Assembly: GCF_006345805.1 (NCBI RefSeq)
Contig: NC_043021.1
Coordinates: 23,064,001 to 23,128,000 of the forward strand
Source: Octopus sinensis
Taxonomy: Eukaryota
Length of the DNA stretch: 64,000 bases
Reading direction: 5' to 3'
The translations under genes and the position numbers were made by a program. Shown here in pieces: positions 1 through 13,676 of the stretch. Numbering within the stretch: the stretch's first letter is position 1; each line of letters opens with the position of its first letter. Below the pieces are notes generated by a model. The model worked only from the letters and a program-made list of their open reading frames with translations, did no database searches and had not been told where the DNA came from.

Positions 1-158
1 CGCAGCAGTGGCTGTGTGGTACATAGCTTGCATCCGAACTACATGGTTCCGGGTTCAGTCACACTGCGTGACAACTTGCACAAGTGTCTTCTACATCATC
101 GGGCCGACCAAAGCCATCTGGGTGATTTGGAGAAGGAAACTAAAAGAAACGCGTCGTA

Positions 159-191
<33 letters not shown>

Positions 192-220
192 ATATATTAT
201 ATATGTGTGTGGTGGTGGTG

Positions 221-251
<31 letters not shown>

Positions 252-294
252 TGTATGTATATATGTGTGTGTGTGTTGTGTGTATATATATATG

Positions 295-328
<34 letters not shown>

Positions 329-777
329 TGTGTATATATATTATATAAGTGTGTGTGTATAATATATATATATATATATAAGTGTGTGTATATATATATG
401 TATTTATATATGTGTATATATTATATATGTGTGTGGTATATATATGTATATATATATGTATATATAATATATATGTATATATATATATATGTGTGTATAT
501 ATATGTAAATATATATATATGTATATATGTATATATATATATATTATATATATATGTATATATGTATATATATATGTATATATGTATATATATATGTATA
601 TATTATATATATATGTATATACGTATATATGTATATATATATGTATTATGTATATATATATGTATTATGTGTATATATATGTATTATATATATGTGTATA
701 TATATATAGGTATATATATATATATATATATGATATTATATATATGTATATTTAATGTGTATATATATATGTATATA

Positions 778-817
<40 letters not shown>

Positions 818-1036
818 ATATATATATGCATATATATGTATGTGTGTGTGTGCGTGTGTTTGTCCCTCCCATATCGCTTGACAATCGATGCTGGTGTGCT
901 TAGTACACCGTAACTCAGCGGTTCGGCAATAGAATATAGGGCTAAACTTACAAAGAATAAGTCCTAGGGTCGATTAGCACGACCGAAAGCGGTGCTACAG
1001 CATGGCCGCAGTCAAATGACTGAAACAAGTAAAAGA
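1..1036 (+). mobile_element. SINE family A (octopus OK/OR-type, tRNA head + CORE-like + stem-loop tail), with internal microsatellite expanded to ~700 bp
   Basis: Head GTGGCTGTGTGG...GGTTCCGGGTTCAGTC (A/B-box-like) at the window start; (TA)/(TG) tract ~158-860; 3' half ending CAGCATGGCCGCAGTCAAATGACTGAAACAAGTAAAAGA, as in the other copies. Confidence 0.9.
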
Positions 1037-2088
1037 AACGTACGTAGCAATTTTATTTTAAATGAATATTTTAAGTGAATATAGAAAGGAAAGGGTCACG
1101 TCTAGATACGTATAGGCTGCAACAGAACGATGATGGCGTATGCGTTGCCGGAAGCATTGGCAGAGTCGCCAAAAGCAGAGGCGGCAGTGATAGCGGCAGA
1201 GGCGATTATAGTGCTGCTAGCGGCGCGAGATGCACCATCGGCTGAACCGAACATATATACATACATACGGTGGATTTCTTTCAGTTTCCGTCCACCAACT
1301 CCACTCATAACACTTCTGGACGATGCAGGGATATTGTTAAAGGAAACATGAAGTTGATAAGCAAAGCTTCTCAGCATATAACCACACCTGTACCTACTCA
1401 ATTCTTTTTATTTAGAACTTAATTTAGTTACGATTCACAAAATATTACCTTCCCTCTTGTCGGTCTATACGTATACAGTCATAATAAGCATATGCTTCAC
1501 TGAGGAGCTAAAAATACACAGAAACCTACAAACGGTAGTCACAGGTAAAATTCAACTAAAGATCAAAGTTATATGTTTAAAATATGCGTTGCAAACGTAT
1601 AAACACACATGCATATACGATGTGCTTCTTTCACTTTCGTTTATGACTACTTCCGCGTCGGCATGAGGCTGTTCTAGAAGGCACTTGGCCTATATGCCAG
1701 TCTTGAACACAGTACCATGTTCTTCAGAAGCAACCTTCTTACCAGTCATCCAACTCTACAGAAGTCAACATTACGTAAACTTCAACCAAATATTATACAC
1801 TTTGTAAGAATGAGTTTCTAGATTTTCCCATTGTTTTAAGACTTCTTCATACTTTCTTAAAGGAACCGTGTGAACAGGAAAGATTGATAATAGATGGCGT
1901 CGCAACTACGCCATTTTCTTCCTCCCTCTCTTTCTCATTCTCTTTCTCTCTCTCTACACTCCCTCTCCCGCTCTCTCTCTCCCCGTCTGCTTTTCTCGCT
2001 CTTTATATCTCTATATGTTTTCTGATCCCCACACAAGAACACAGTATATATACTCACAAATATGCATACATACATGCACACACACACG

Positions 2089-2124
<36 letters not shown>

Positions 2125-2296
2125 ACACACACACAGAGACGCACACATATGTGTCTGTACATATTTATGTATATATGTACGTATGTATATATATGGCGTT
2201 GATACCGATGTCTTATACTGATAAGGATTCCATACACGAAAAACTGCAGACATCGCTTTAAGAATTTCTCACAGTAGTTCTCCTCATTCGTATTTA

Positions 2297-2370
2297 ATAA
2301 TAATAATAACAATAATAATGATGATGAATGATGATGATAATTATTATTATTATTACTATTATTATTATTA

Positions 2371-2416
<46 letters not shown>

Positions 2417-2454
2417 ATCATGGTAAAATTTGTGTACTAAAAATAATTTTTATT

Positions 2455-2485
<31 letters not shown>

Positions 2486-2590
2486 AACTACTACAATTAC
2501 TACTACTACTACTAGTAGTAGTGTATATATGTACATGTATGCGTATACTACTACTAGTAGTAGTAGTGGTGGTGGTGGTGGTAGTAGTAG
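2297..2590. repeat. Compound trinucleotide microsatellite (AAT/GAT/ATT/TAC/TAG/GGT)
   Basis: Direct reading. Confidence 0.95.
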
Positions 2591-2842
2591 AAGTTGCAAT
2601 GTATGACTTCTTTTTAACGGCATTGCATCTTCAATGCATTTTTCTTTTCTGTTCGCTCTTCCTATCGATATCAGTAGTGATTTATATCTGTCTGGAGATC
2701 GATATTATAAAGTACCAGCTATCTACTTCCATCACTGTTTTTTCTTCACCCAGATATTTTGCACCTAGTGCTAATCTTGGAATCTGTCTATATTCAACGT
2801 AAGGTGAGGCTTAATATTTATATATGTGTCTATATATATATG

Positions 2843-2877
<35 letters not shown>

Positions 2878-3037
2878 ATGTGTGTGTGTGTGTGTGTTTG
2901 TGAGAGTATGTGTGTGTTTGTATGTATGTATATGTGTGCATATTTATACATACGTACATATATATATACACACATATATTTACAAGTACATATATGTATA
3001 TATGTATATATGTACGTATGTATATATATATAGAGAG

Positions 3038-3038
<1 letters not shown>

Positions 3039-3090
<52 letters not shown>
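3039..3090. repeat. (GATA)n microsatellite
   Basis: Direct reading. Confidence 0.95.
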
Positions 3091-3794
3091 TACGCATACG
3101 TGTACATATATACATGTATATACTTGTAAATTTATATCATTGTATGTGTGAATGTGTGAGTATATGCGAGTGCATATATATGTATATGTATACATATGAT
3201 TAGCTACTTTTAGTTAAGTTTCGGCCAGAATTGGAGTAGACGACAACTGGCATAATAGTTACCTCCAACTTCGGATGTTCATAAAAATGGTGAACAGAAA
3301 GGCCATACAGCATATGTACGGTGGAAAAGTTCAGATATCATGGAAAACTTGATTAAATAGATTAGAGCATGTTCTAAATATATTTCTTATATGAAAATTA
3401 TTGGGAAGAGTTATTTTTTTCGGGTAAGGGGACGAAACCGAACCTTAAAATATCTATATACATTAATGTAAAAAAATAATCAATGATGTATAAAGATAGT
3501 ATATTTATATTTTTGTATGTACATATGAATAAAGAGATGGGTTTGTGTGTAAAAATTCGAGCAATACTCTTTGAATATTTTCATTCGATCAAAACTGTTT
3601 AAATATTTAATATTAAGCGAATTGCATCGTCAAAATTGAATAGGAGGAATTATATTTGCAATGACCCAACATCCCAAGCTTTTCAAATAAGTAATGCGGA
3701 TCTTGAAATAAGACCAGCAGTTCACTGAAGCATCATATACAATGAAGATTCATGTAGATGTTTACGCCAAGGATGGACCATTTTATGGACATAA

Positions 3795-4280
3795 GGCGGC
3801 GAGCTGGCAGAAACGTTAGCACGCCGGGCGAAATGCTTTTGCGGTATTTCGTCTGCTATTACGTTCTGAGTTCAAATTCCGCCCAGGTCGACTTTGCCTT
3901 TCATCCTTTCGGTGTCGATTAAATGAGTACCAGTTATGCACTAGCGTCGATATAATCGACTTAATCTGTTTGTCTGTCCTTGTTTGTCCTCTCTCTGGTG
4001 TTTTAGCCCCCTTGTTGGGTAGTAAAGTAATAGGATTCGTCTGCCGCTACGTTCTGAGTTCAAATTCCGCCGAGGTCGACTTTGCCTTTTATCCTTTCGG
4101 GGACGATAAAATAAGTACCAGTTACGCACTGGGATCGATTAAATAAGTAACAGTTACGCATGGGGTCGATTAAATATGTAACAGTTACGCACTGGGATTC
4201 GATATAGTCTACTTAATCCGTTTGTCAGTCCTTGTTTGTCTCGTCTGTGTATAGCCCCTTGTGGGCAGTAAAGAAATAAG
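3795..4280 (+). mobile_element. SINE family B, dimeric form with an internal 31-32 bp triplication
   Basis: Head GGCGGCGAGCTGGCAGAAACGTTAGCACGCCGGGCG; body unit TTCGTCTGCC...GTAAAGAAATA present twice; 15-bp flanking duplication ATGGACCATTTTATG. Confidence 0.9.
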
Positions 4281-4699
4281 AATGGACCATTTTATGCTAA
4301 ACGTGGTCGGAATAAATTCTCTTAATACCTAATATACATGGACATTGTTGTCGTAAATCATTCACCTAGGTTCACCAATTAATGAGTATTACGATAAAAT
4401 CTGCGCTTTAAATCAATTCCCTGTTATTCTGATGAATGTGTTAGTGAAGCTATTAAGGGAGTTTTGTTTAGAACAACATAATTACATGCAGGAGATGAGA
4501 TGTTTTATGGACATTGCAAAGCCTTTCACGACGGAAATAATTAAGTTTGGGATATATTTTCAACAGGGATAGCTAATATTAAATAGGTTGCCATTGAAAG
4601 ATTTAAACTTTTTTTATGTGTTTTTTTTTTCTAAAGGAAATGAACAGTAATTTAATTTAATACGTTTTGCAGTATGTATTCTTAGGGTTGTCGATGTGT

Positions 4700-5078
4700 G
4701 GAATAAAGTTTGCATGTCAACCACCTTCTACCTTGCTCAGTTCCACTAAGCTGCATCAGGGAGAAGTGTCTTTCAGCATACACCTGGGCCGAGCAAAGCC
4801 TTGTCGGTGGGATTACTAGGCGGAAACTGAAAGAAGCCCGGCGAAATGTGTGTATGTGTGTGTGTGCACATGCATTTTGTCTTTGCGTTTTTCCTCCACC
4901 ACCGCTTGATAACCTTTGATTTTTTTTTATCCCTGATACTTAGCGGTTTGGCATAAAGAGAGTGACAGAACGAGTACATGGTTTTGAAAACTATAGGCAC
5001 TAATATCGATTCATTTCGACTAAAACCCATCAAGGTGATGCCCCAGCATGGCCGCAGTCTACGACGGAAACAAGTAGA
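4700..5078 (+). mobile_element. SINE family A, old diverged copy
   Basis: GCGGAAACTGAAAGAAGCCCG and tail CCCCAGCATGGCCGCAGTC..GAAACAAGTA. Confidence 0.75.
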
Positions 5079-5122
5079 ACATTGAAGATATTATAAGGAT
5101 TAAACTATGAATTCGTTTAACC

Positions 5123-5222
5123 NNNNNNNNNNNNNNNNNNNNNNNNNNNNNNNNNNNNNNNNNNNNNNNNNNNNNNNNNNNNNNNNNNNNNNNNNNNNNN
5201 NNNNNNNNNNNNNNNNNNNNNN
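5123..5222. other. Assembly gap (100 N); the two sides may not be contiguous
   Basis: Exactly 100 N, a typical scaffolding placeholder. Confidence 0.98.
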
Positions 5223-5613
5223 ACCTTGTAGGTGGCGCCCTATTAGAATTTTCTTCAGGTCAAGTAGCCCATCTTGCTCAAAAGACCCTGAATAAGGTTA
5301 GTTTCTGGATGTCGAACGAATCACCCATGTTTGCAGATGTGAATTATTCAAAGCCCAAAGAATTCCTCTCAACAAATGGCTATGATGCTCCTCCACTACT
5401 TCTGCTCGTGGCCAGAGATGCACATATTGTTAGCCACTAAAGGATGTGCTCGACTTGTTAATCTCAAGCCTCTGACAAACAAATCTGTGGAATTGAGCAG
5501 AATATTTGTTGTAGACCATCTTTTGTACAAAGACAAAATAATGTATATGATAACACTTTCAATCAGCTAAGATCAGAAGCCACGCGACCCAGTTCCCATA
5601 ATTCTAACTGGGC

Positions 5614-5675
<62 letters not shown>

Positions 5676-6412
5676 GTTCACACACTCACACTCAAACACG
5701 GACAGACTCACATATATAGACACGTTTATAATGAGAGTAAAACACATCAAAGGAATAAAATAAAAGATTTATTAAATAAAAGCACGTTAAATATTAATTG
5801 GATGATAAACGAAAATAAATACTGCATAATTATGCTAATTACAATAATGGTAATAATGATGTTAACAATAAAAGAATACTGATCAAAATAACAATAATAA
5901 TTACTATTACAATTATAATAATGAATATATTAATAATAATAATTGTTTCTGATTTGGGAAATATATAACACTGCAAACATTAAATAAAACAGAAGTAAAG
6001 CTGGAGACACTATTGGTAGATGTGTGAAGCTGTCGAAAAAAAGGTGGTCGAACGAAATATTTGTAAATTCGTAAATGAAATCCCACATCTCATACAGATT
6101 TATTACATGCAGGGCATAATACTGTACAGTACTGTTTGTGTATTATGTAGAATGCTTAAGGCATTATTATAGAAAGACAGACGGAGAGAGGCCTACAAAC
6201 TCATGCACAGACACAGGACGTAATCGCAGCGCTTCACGTAACACACGCCAGAGAGATGGGCTCATTTGTACGATGAAAATTGTTTCCCAGTATGTCGCAA
6301 GCAGAAATAATCATGCTAACCACAACGCATATACAAGAGAATTAAATATATATACACATTATGCATATATATGTATATAATTACATATATATATACATAT
6401 ATATATATATTA

Positions 6413-6509
<97 letters not shown>

Positions 6510-6652
6510 GTACCATATATATATATATACATATATATAACATATATATATACGTATATATGCGTGTATATATAATATAATATATATATAGTATTTATAT
6601 ATATATATAATATATATATAAGCATATGTATATAAGTAATCTATACATAATG

Positions 6653-6696
<44 letters not shown>

Positions 6697-7027
6697 TTCA
6701 TTATATCTTGTCGTCAAAAAGTTTTTATAAAATTTCGAAAAGACGTAAAAATATATTTTTTTGGAACGACGCACTCGAAGCTATTATAATAGCGAAACAA
6801 TTGCATGAGGATATCGAGTTCAAAATCCCTTTTAAATAGAAATAGTCGATGGCTAATCCTGGTCTCAAGCTCATATCGCCATTGGACTTTTCTTTCTATA
6901 TTTCCATGTTATTACTATATATTATTTATATATTTTTGACCTAAAGACCCATAGTTACTCCTACACAACAAACACGCTTCAAGCATGCTCATACATATGT
7001 ACCTAAACATACCAAACACACATACTG

Positions 7028-7082
<55 letters not shown>

Positions 7083-7515
7083 ACATATATAATAATATCT
7101 ATATATATAATATATATATATATATAAAATATAATATATATTTATATATATGTAAGTTATGTATGAAGGTATGTATGAAAGTATGTACCTGTGAATGCAA
7201 GCATGTCTATATGTATGTATGTATGTATGTATATATGATGTATAATGTGCATATTATTCATTCACGCTCTAAACATTAAACATGGTATAAAAACACACGT
7301 ATTTAGGCGCAACATCAGGAAATCACAATAAAAATGAGTATAAGCTAACCCTACAGAGATATCTATCACACGTCTATTGGACGTTACATAACTTCTGTAA
7401 CATATATATTATATATATATATATATATATAGATATATTATATTAATAATATATATATATATATATATATATTAAATATGTTAAACAGGAGATACATGCC
7501 GTTGTAGGTATGCGC

Positions 7516-7548
<33 letters not shown>

Positions 7549-7799
7549 TATATAATGTATGTATGTATGTATGAAGCTATATATATATATATATATATAT
7601 ACACAGGTATGCCCACACATACATACATATATATATATAATATATACACACACTTATGTAGCATGTTTGGTACACGTTTATGTATACATATACTTCTATT
7701 TTAGCAGCTATTAACCCGGTACTAGGCACGAAGCCCCTTCGATATTTTTTAATCTTTTGTGTTCTTGTCTTTTTTACATATAAAGAATGCGCATATATA

Positions 7800-7844
<45 letters not shown>

Positions 7845-8129
7845 TATATCATACACACACACACACACACAACACGTATACATACATATATTTATAGTAA
7901 TAATAATATGAGGGAATATTATTCCAGACTTACAGGGAAAAGTTCAATTTAGAAATACTAAATTAACTTTCACAAAATATAATATATATATAAATTAGAA
8001 AAGAATACCTTTTATCAATTCAATAATGAAAAATTAAATTATACCATTTAGAAAAATTACATATTATAGAAAGATTAAATAAAGATAAAACATATAACAA
8101 TGATTAAGTATGTGCAAAATAATAAATAA

Positions 8130-8178
<49 letters not shown>

Positions 8179-9297
8179 CATACACGCATATATATATAAA
8201 TAGATGTATGTATGTATAGAGTGAGACATATTGATATATATAAAGATATACACAAACAAAAATTCACACGTAGATACGCAAATATATATGTGAAGATAGA
8301 AAGGAAATGTATTTTAAGAAAATGTCAATAGTTGGTTTTAAGAATTTATTAAGTCACAAACATGAATTTTAAACAAACATTGATCAATGTCGGAGAAGTT
8401 TCATCTCCTAATAGCCATGTATGACATTTTATCTGTATGGCTATCTATCCGTGGCTGGGTGTAGGCATGTACTTATATACGGATAAACAGCATCATGAAT
8501 ACAGAAATATAGATATGAGTGGCGAAGATATGTATGCGTGTAAAAGTATATTAGTTCTGCATTTATATTCATTTATGCGCATGTGTTGAAATTCTGTCGG
8601 CTGAATATGAAATTTCTTAGAAATAAAATTATTAATTCCCATAAATATGCTAAATCCAACTCAAAAAATATCTTGACAAAAGTATAGTTTAGAGAAAGCA
8701 AAGATAGTTAATTTTGGACTAGAAAATAGGTTCCTTGACAGACAGTAATTTTAATTTTTAATCAAGCTTTAGGAAGTTGCACAGAGACACTAGAATCTCC
8801 GGTCTTTCAAGTTTTAGCATTTTAACATACGTAAATAAAAGTAGTATCTACTATTTAAAGACATGGATTTCGGGTGAATTTTTGCTTCAAACTTACATGA
8901 ATATATATTTACACGCTCAATAATGTTATACATAGTCAGAAAAAAAAGAAACAAACTCGAAAACAAGCATGTATCTTGCACGAAGTAGCACTCACTATAA
9001 TGTATATGTGTGCAAGTATATATATAATATATATATCTGTGGTGTGTGCGTGTGTATTCATATATAACTATATTATGTATATATACATACATGCATACAT
9101 ACATATGTATATATATAATCTATATATATATATATATATAATATATATATAATATATTATATGTATGTGTATATATATATATATATATATATTTATATGC
9201 ACATATTTATATATATATATGATCATTACTACATAATTAATTTCAGCTAAGCCTCGCTGGACAACCGCCTTATACATGAATGTGCATATATACATAC

Positions 9298-9352
<55 letters not shown>

Positions 9353-9355
9353 TAC

Positions 9356-9398
<43 letters not shown>

Positions 9399-10054
9399 TA
9401 TCCTGTATATATGTGTATGTGTGTGTGTATTTAATAAATATATAAGCATATCTTTCTTTATACATATATATGAATATATATATATATATATAATATATAT
9501 ATATATATTATATATGCGTGTATGTGTGTATGTGTGTGTGTGGTGTGTGTTGTGTGTGGTACATTAATCCCAAGATACATACGGTGCCCTTATGTTCAGA
9601 GCATAACTAACGATGAATCATTTTTAACCGAAGATTTCAAGTAAGATTACGGATACGAGATAAAAAACTAAAACTATGCTGAATCGGGTGAATAATGATT
9701 GTTTCGATACATGATCAATGAATGCCTCTATCGATATATTCCTATCAAATATGGATTGTATTTTTATTTTTCAAATGTTTTCTTTTTCTGGAGTTTTTTT
9801 TTCTAATTCTGCTTCCATTTCTGTTTTTGTTACTTTCGAATTCTATTGCTCACAATTGAATCGCATATTAAAATGAAATATACGCATATGTTTACGTACA
9901 TATGTAGATATATCTATATATATGCGTGTGTGTGTGTGTGTGTGAGTGTGCTTGTGTGTATGTGCAAACATTTGTGTATAGATATGTATGTATATGTATA
10001 TATAAACATATATGTATATATTTATGTATACATACATATACATATATCATGTGC

Positions 10055-10101
<47 letters not shown>

Positions 10102-10213
10102 ATATACCTATATACGATAACATATTTGTAGATATACGTACATATATGTATATATGTGTATGTACATACATATGTATATGTATTATGTATATATATGTAT
10201 ATATGTATATATG

Positions 10214-10277
<64 letters not shown>

Positions 10278-10878
10278 TATATTATATATAGATATTATAT
10301 ATATATATATAATATGTACCTGTATGTATGTATTGATGTATACATTGCGATGGTGTCTTAAGGCAGTTTCGATAATCAATTCTTAATGGCATCCGCCAAA
10401 TATAATAATTATTCTAAAGAACAAAAGAACACATTCTCTTTTAACAATGTATGTTAGTTGTATTACTGTATTTCTATTTCATGTGTTAAATAAAGGGAAA
10501 ATTCTGTAATACATTATTATTTCCGAAAATTTGATTGTATGAGCTTTACAGATTTATGAAAATATGTACACAATGACATGAATAGTAAGCGTGAATTAGA
10601 ATTGAAACAAAATGAAGCAGTATATATTATGATCTCGCTATGCTTAGGTGTATACACACATACGCACAGAGTGATGTGTATGTGTATATGGGCTTCCATA
10701 CAGCAATCAAAGTATTTGCATATATGCACATACATACCTACACACAAACAAATATCCTCACACACTCTCACTCTCAACACACATACACACACCCATATAT
10801 ATACATATATATACATATATAGATGCATACGTAAGTTCACAAAGACACGATTGAGTGGGATTGTTTCTCTGTATGTAC

Positions 10879-10932
<54 letters not shown>

Positions 10933-11223
10933 GTATGTATATGTAATAAACATATTTATATGTACCTTGATAAAGAGATGTGATCACGCATATGCTGGTG
11001 CAATGCATATGCTATACATCTATGTGTACATTCATATGTATATGCTTATGTATATGAATGTGCATATATATGTATTTATATAATTTGTATGTATGTATAT
11101 ATATATGAATGTATATAGATTGGATTTCTTAGGAATCTAAGAAAAGCCTTTCATCCTCACACACACACACACATGCACACAGAAAAGCACACAAATATAT
11201 ATATACATACATATACATGTATG

Positions 11224-11254
<31 letters not shown>

Positions 11255-11270
11255 TATATATACATGTATA

Positions 11271-11687
11271 CTCTTTTACTCTTTACTCTTTTACTTGTTT
11301 CAGTCATTTGACTGCGGCCATGCTGGAGCACCGCCTTTAGTCGAGCAAATCGACCCCAGGACTTATTCTTTGTAAGCCCAGTACTTATTCTATCGGTCTC
11401 TTTTGCCGAGCCGCTAAGTGCGGAGACGTAAACACACCAGCATCGGTTGTCAAAACAATGCTAGGGGACAAACACAGACACACAAACACACATACACACA
11501 CATATATATATATATATACTATATACGACAGCTTCTTTCAGTTTCCGTCTACCAAATCCACTCACAAGGCATTGGTCGGCCCGGGGCTATAGCAGAAGAC
11601 ACTTGCCCAAGATGCCACGCAGTGGGACTGAACCCGGAATCATGTGGTTGGTTAGCAAGCTAATTACCACACAGCCACTCCTACGCC
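11271..11687 (-). mobile_element. SINE family A, full length
   Basis: Reverse complement of the 38555 copy, from the head to the (TAAAAGAG)n-like tail. Confidence 0.95.
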
Positions 11688-11732
11688 TGTATGTATATAT
11701 ATGTTGTTTTTTATTTATATATATCTTTTGTA

Positions 11733-11906
11733 TTGGTTCTTCTCCACCAGCGCTTAACAACCAGTGTTGGTGTGTTTAGTTGATCGTAAGCAAGCGGTTC
11801 GACAAAAGAAAACCGATTGAGTAAATACCAGGCTTACAAAAGTATTGATTTATTCAACAAAAAATTCTCAAAAGCTGCAGTCCAATGACACAAACAAGTA
11901 AAAGAT
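11733..11906 (+). mobile_element. SINE family A, degraded 3' half
   Basis: AGCGGTTCGACAAAAGA..CCGAT and GCAGTCCAATGAC..AAACAAGTAAAAGA. Confidence 0.65.
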
Positions 11907-11977
11907 TATATATATATATATATATATACATATATATATACATACATATACATATATCCATATATACATACATATAC

Positions 11978-12670
11978 AGATTGGGACTTAGAACATTTAG
12001 AACAAGAGACCAGGAAACCATGATGGTCCTCTGGCGGACACTTGTCCGGAGCCACTTTGATTATTGCTCTCAGCTATGGTCACCAAGGAGTGTCAAATTA
12101 ATCTCAGAACTTGAAGCAAACCATCGAAGCTACACGAAACAATAGCCTCTATGCAGCATATAAGCTATTGGGAAAGACTTAAGAGATTCAGACTTTATTC
12201 CTTAGAGCTTAGGCGAGAAATATATGCCGTAATATACATCTCTAAGATCCTGGAAGGACTTATCCAAAACTTTGGCATCGAGAGTTACACAAATACTAGA
12301 ACTGGGTGCAATTGCATAGTGCCAAGGACTCCAAATTTGCCATCAATATGTAGGACAAGATACTGTGATAGCCTGGGCTTCAGAGGTACACAGCTCTTCA
12401 ATATCTTCCCGAAGGACCTGAGAGACCTGCATGGGGTGGATGTAGGTGTCTTCAAAATAAAGCTGGACCTCTTCCAGTCAGGTGTCCCAGATGAACCAAC
12501 TTCGCGGCAGAAGGTGCAGATGAGGGAAGCTGCATCAAAATCTCTCATGCAAAAAATGTCAATTCCAAAAAAGCATTCGTGAAGTAAGATTATGTGGCAA
12601 CACCAAATGGGGTGTCCCAGCATAGCCACAGCTCATGAGCTGAAACTAGATAAAATAATAAATAAATAAA
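11978..12670 (+). mobile_element. CR1/L2-group LINE, 5'-truncated 3' end (RT thumb and C-terminal region plus 3' tail)
   Basis: Translation LWRTLVRSHFDYCSQLWSP...YWERLKRFRLYSLELRRE...FRGTQLFNIFPKDLR...FKIKLD, typical of CR1-group ORF2 C-termini; one frameshift near 12140; stem-loop tail then TAAA repeats. Confidence 0.88.
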
Positions 12671-13554
12671 TAATACATATATCATATATATACGCATATA
12701 AGTGTTTTTTCACTGGTGATCTAACCCAAAATGTTCGCTTGGTGAGTGCTGTAACGGGTTACCAGGGCTCCAACCCCGTAGCCGAGGCGTGATCTATGGA
12801 ACTATTTTAGGTTTCCGATATATATAGCTGATATATATATTTGTGAAAGAGGACAACAAACGCCAAGGCATACACATTAGTATTCTGAAATCAGTTGAGC
12901 TCTTGCAACTGTTTCTGTGATATCTCAAGTGATAGGCGTATATTTCTAAATATCGGGTATTCTTTCATCAGAGACAAATAAAGAAAATATGAAGGTTCCA
13001 GACATGGAAGTAATCAGATAAAATATCTAGCTGTGGAAAATTCACGATATTAAGCAAGGAAATAAGAGTAGAGATTAAGGAAATAAAGAAATAAAATCCA
13101 CAGTTCACTTTTCGGTGGGTTTGGGTGTTAGTCTGTATGTTTTTTGGTAAAAATTCTAGGTAAATCCTGGCAAGTGTGATTAGTATTTTCACAGCATAAA
13201 TTATCCAGGCAATATCTCGGCTGACACGGGAATGGTGTGTTCATATTGAGGTGGTTGTTTTGTGAGAGAATGACACTAGAAGTGGCTCCTGAGCAAAATG
13301 AAGGGAGAAGGAATCAGAGAAAGAAAGAGAAAGAAAGGGAAAGAAAGGCTAATGAGGAGATAGAGGGAAGTTGTTGTAGGGTAGTGTTTGGGGATAGAGA
13401 GAGGAGGAAGAAGGTAAGTGACAGGGCATTAGCGAGGATTGGCCATCGGGAATGGTAAGAATAATAAAATAAGGAAAGGATTATAAAAATATAAAAAAAA
13501 AATAAAAAAGTAAAAAATAAAAAGGTATATGTACACACAAACGTACATGCATAC

Positions 13555-13590
<36 letters not shown>

Positions 13591-13676
13591 TAAATATAGA
13601 TAACCACATTTGTGAGTTCATTTATATTTGGAGGTATATTCTCAACATCATTAAGAACATCATTAAGAACATTGTA

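Noticed and set aside
1892-1917. Inverted pair of YY1-like cores (ATGGCG/CGCCAT); the 13-mer AGATGGCGTCGCA recurs at 52483-52495
   Set aside because: A shared 13-mer is expected by chance in 64 kb, and there is no other promoter evidence.
4102-4197. Regular ~31-bp repeats superficially like a CRISPR array
   Set aside because: No unique spacers and no cas genes; this is a tandem duplication inside a eukaryotic SINE.
6380-10320. Recurrent single-base interruptions in (TA)n, (CA)n and (TG)n tracts (e.g. TATTATA, CACCACA)
   Set aside because: The pattern fits long-read consensus dropouts, so it is not read as biological periodicity. Some LINE frameshifts may have the same origin.
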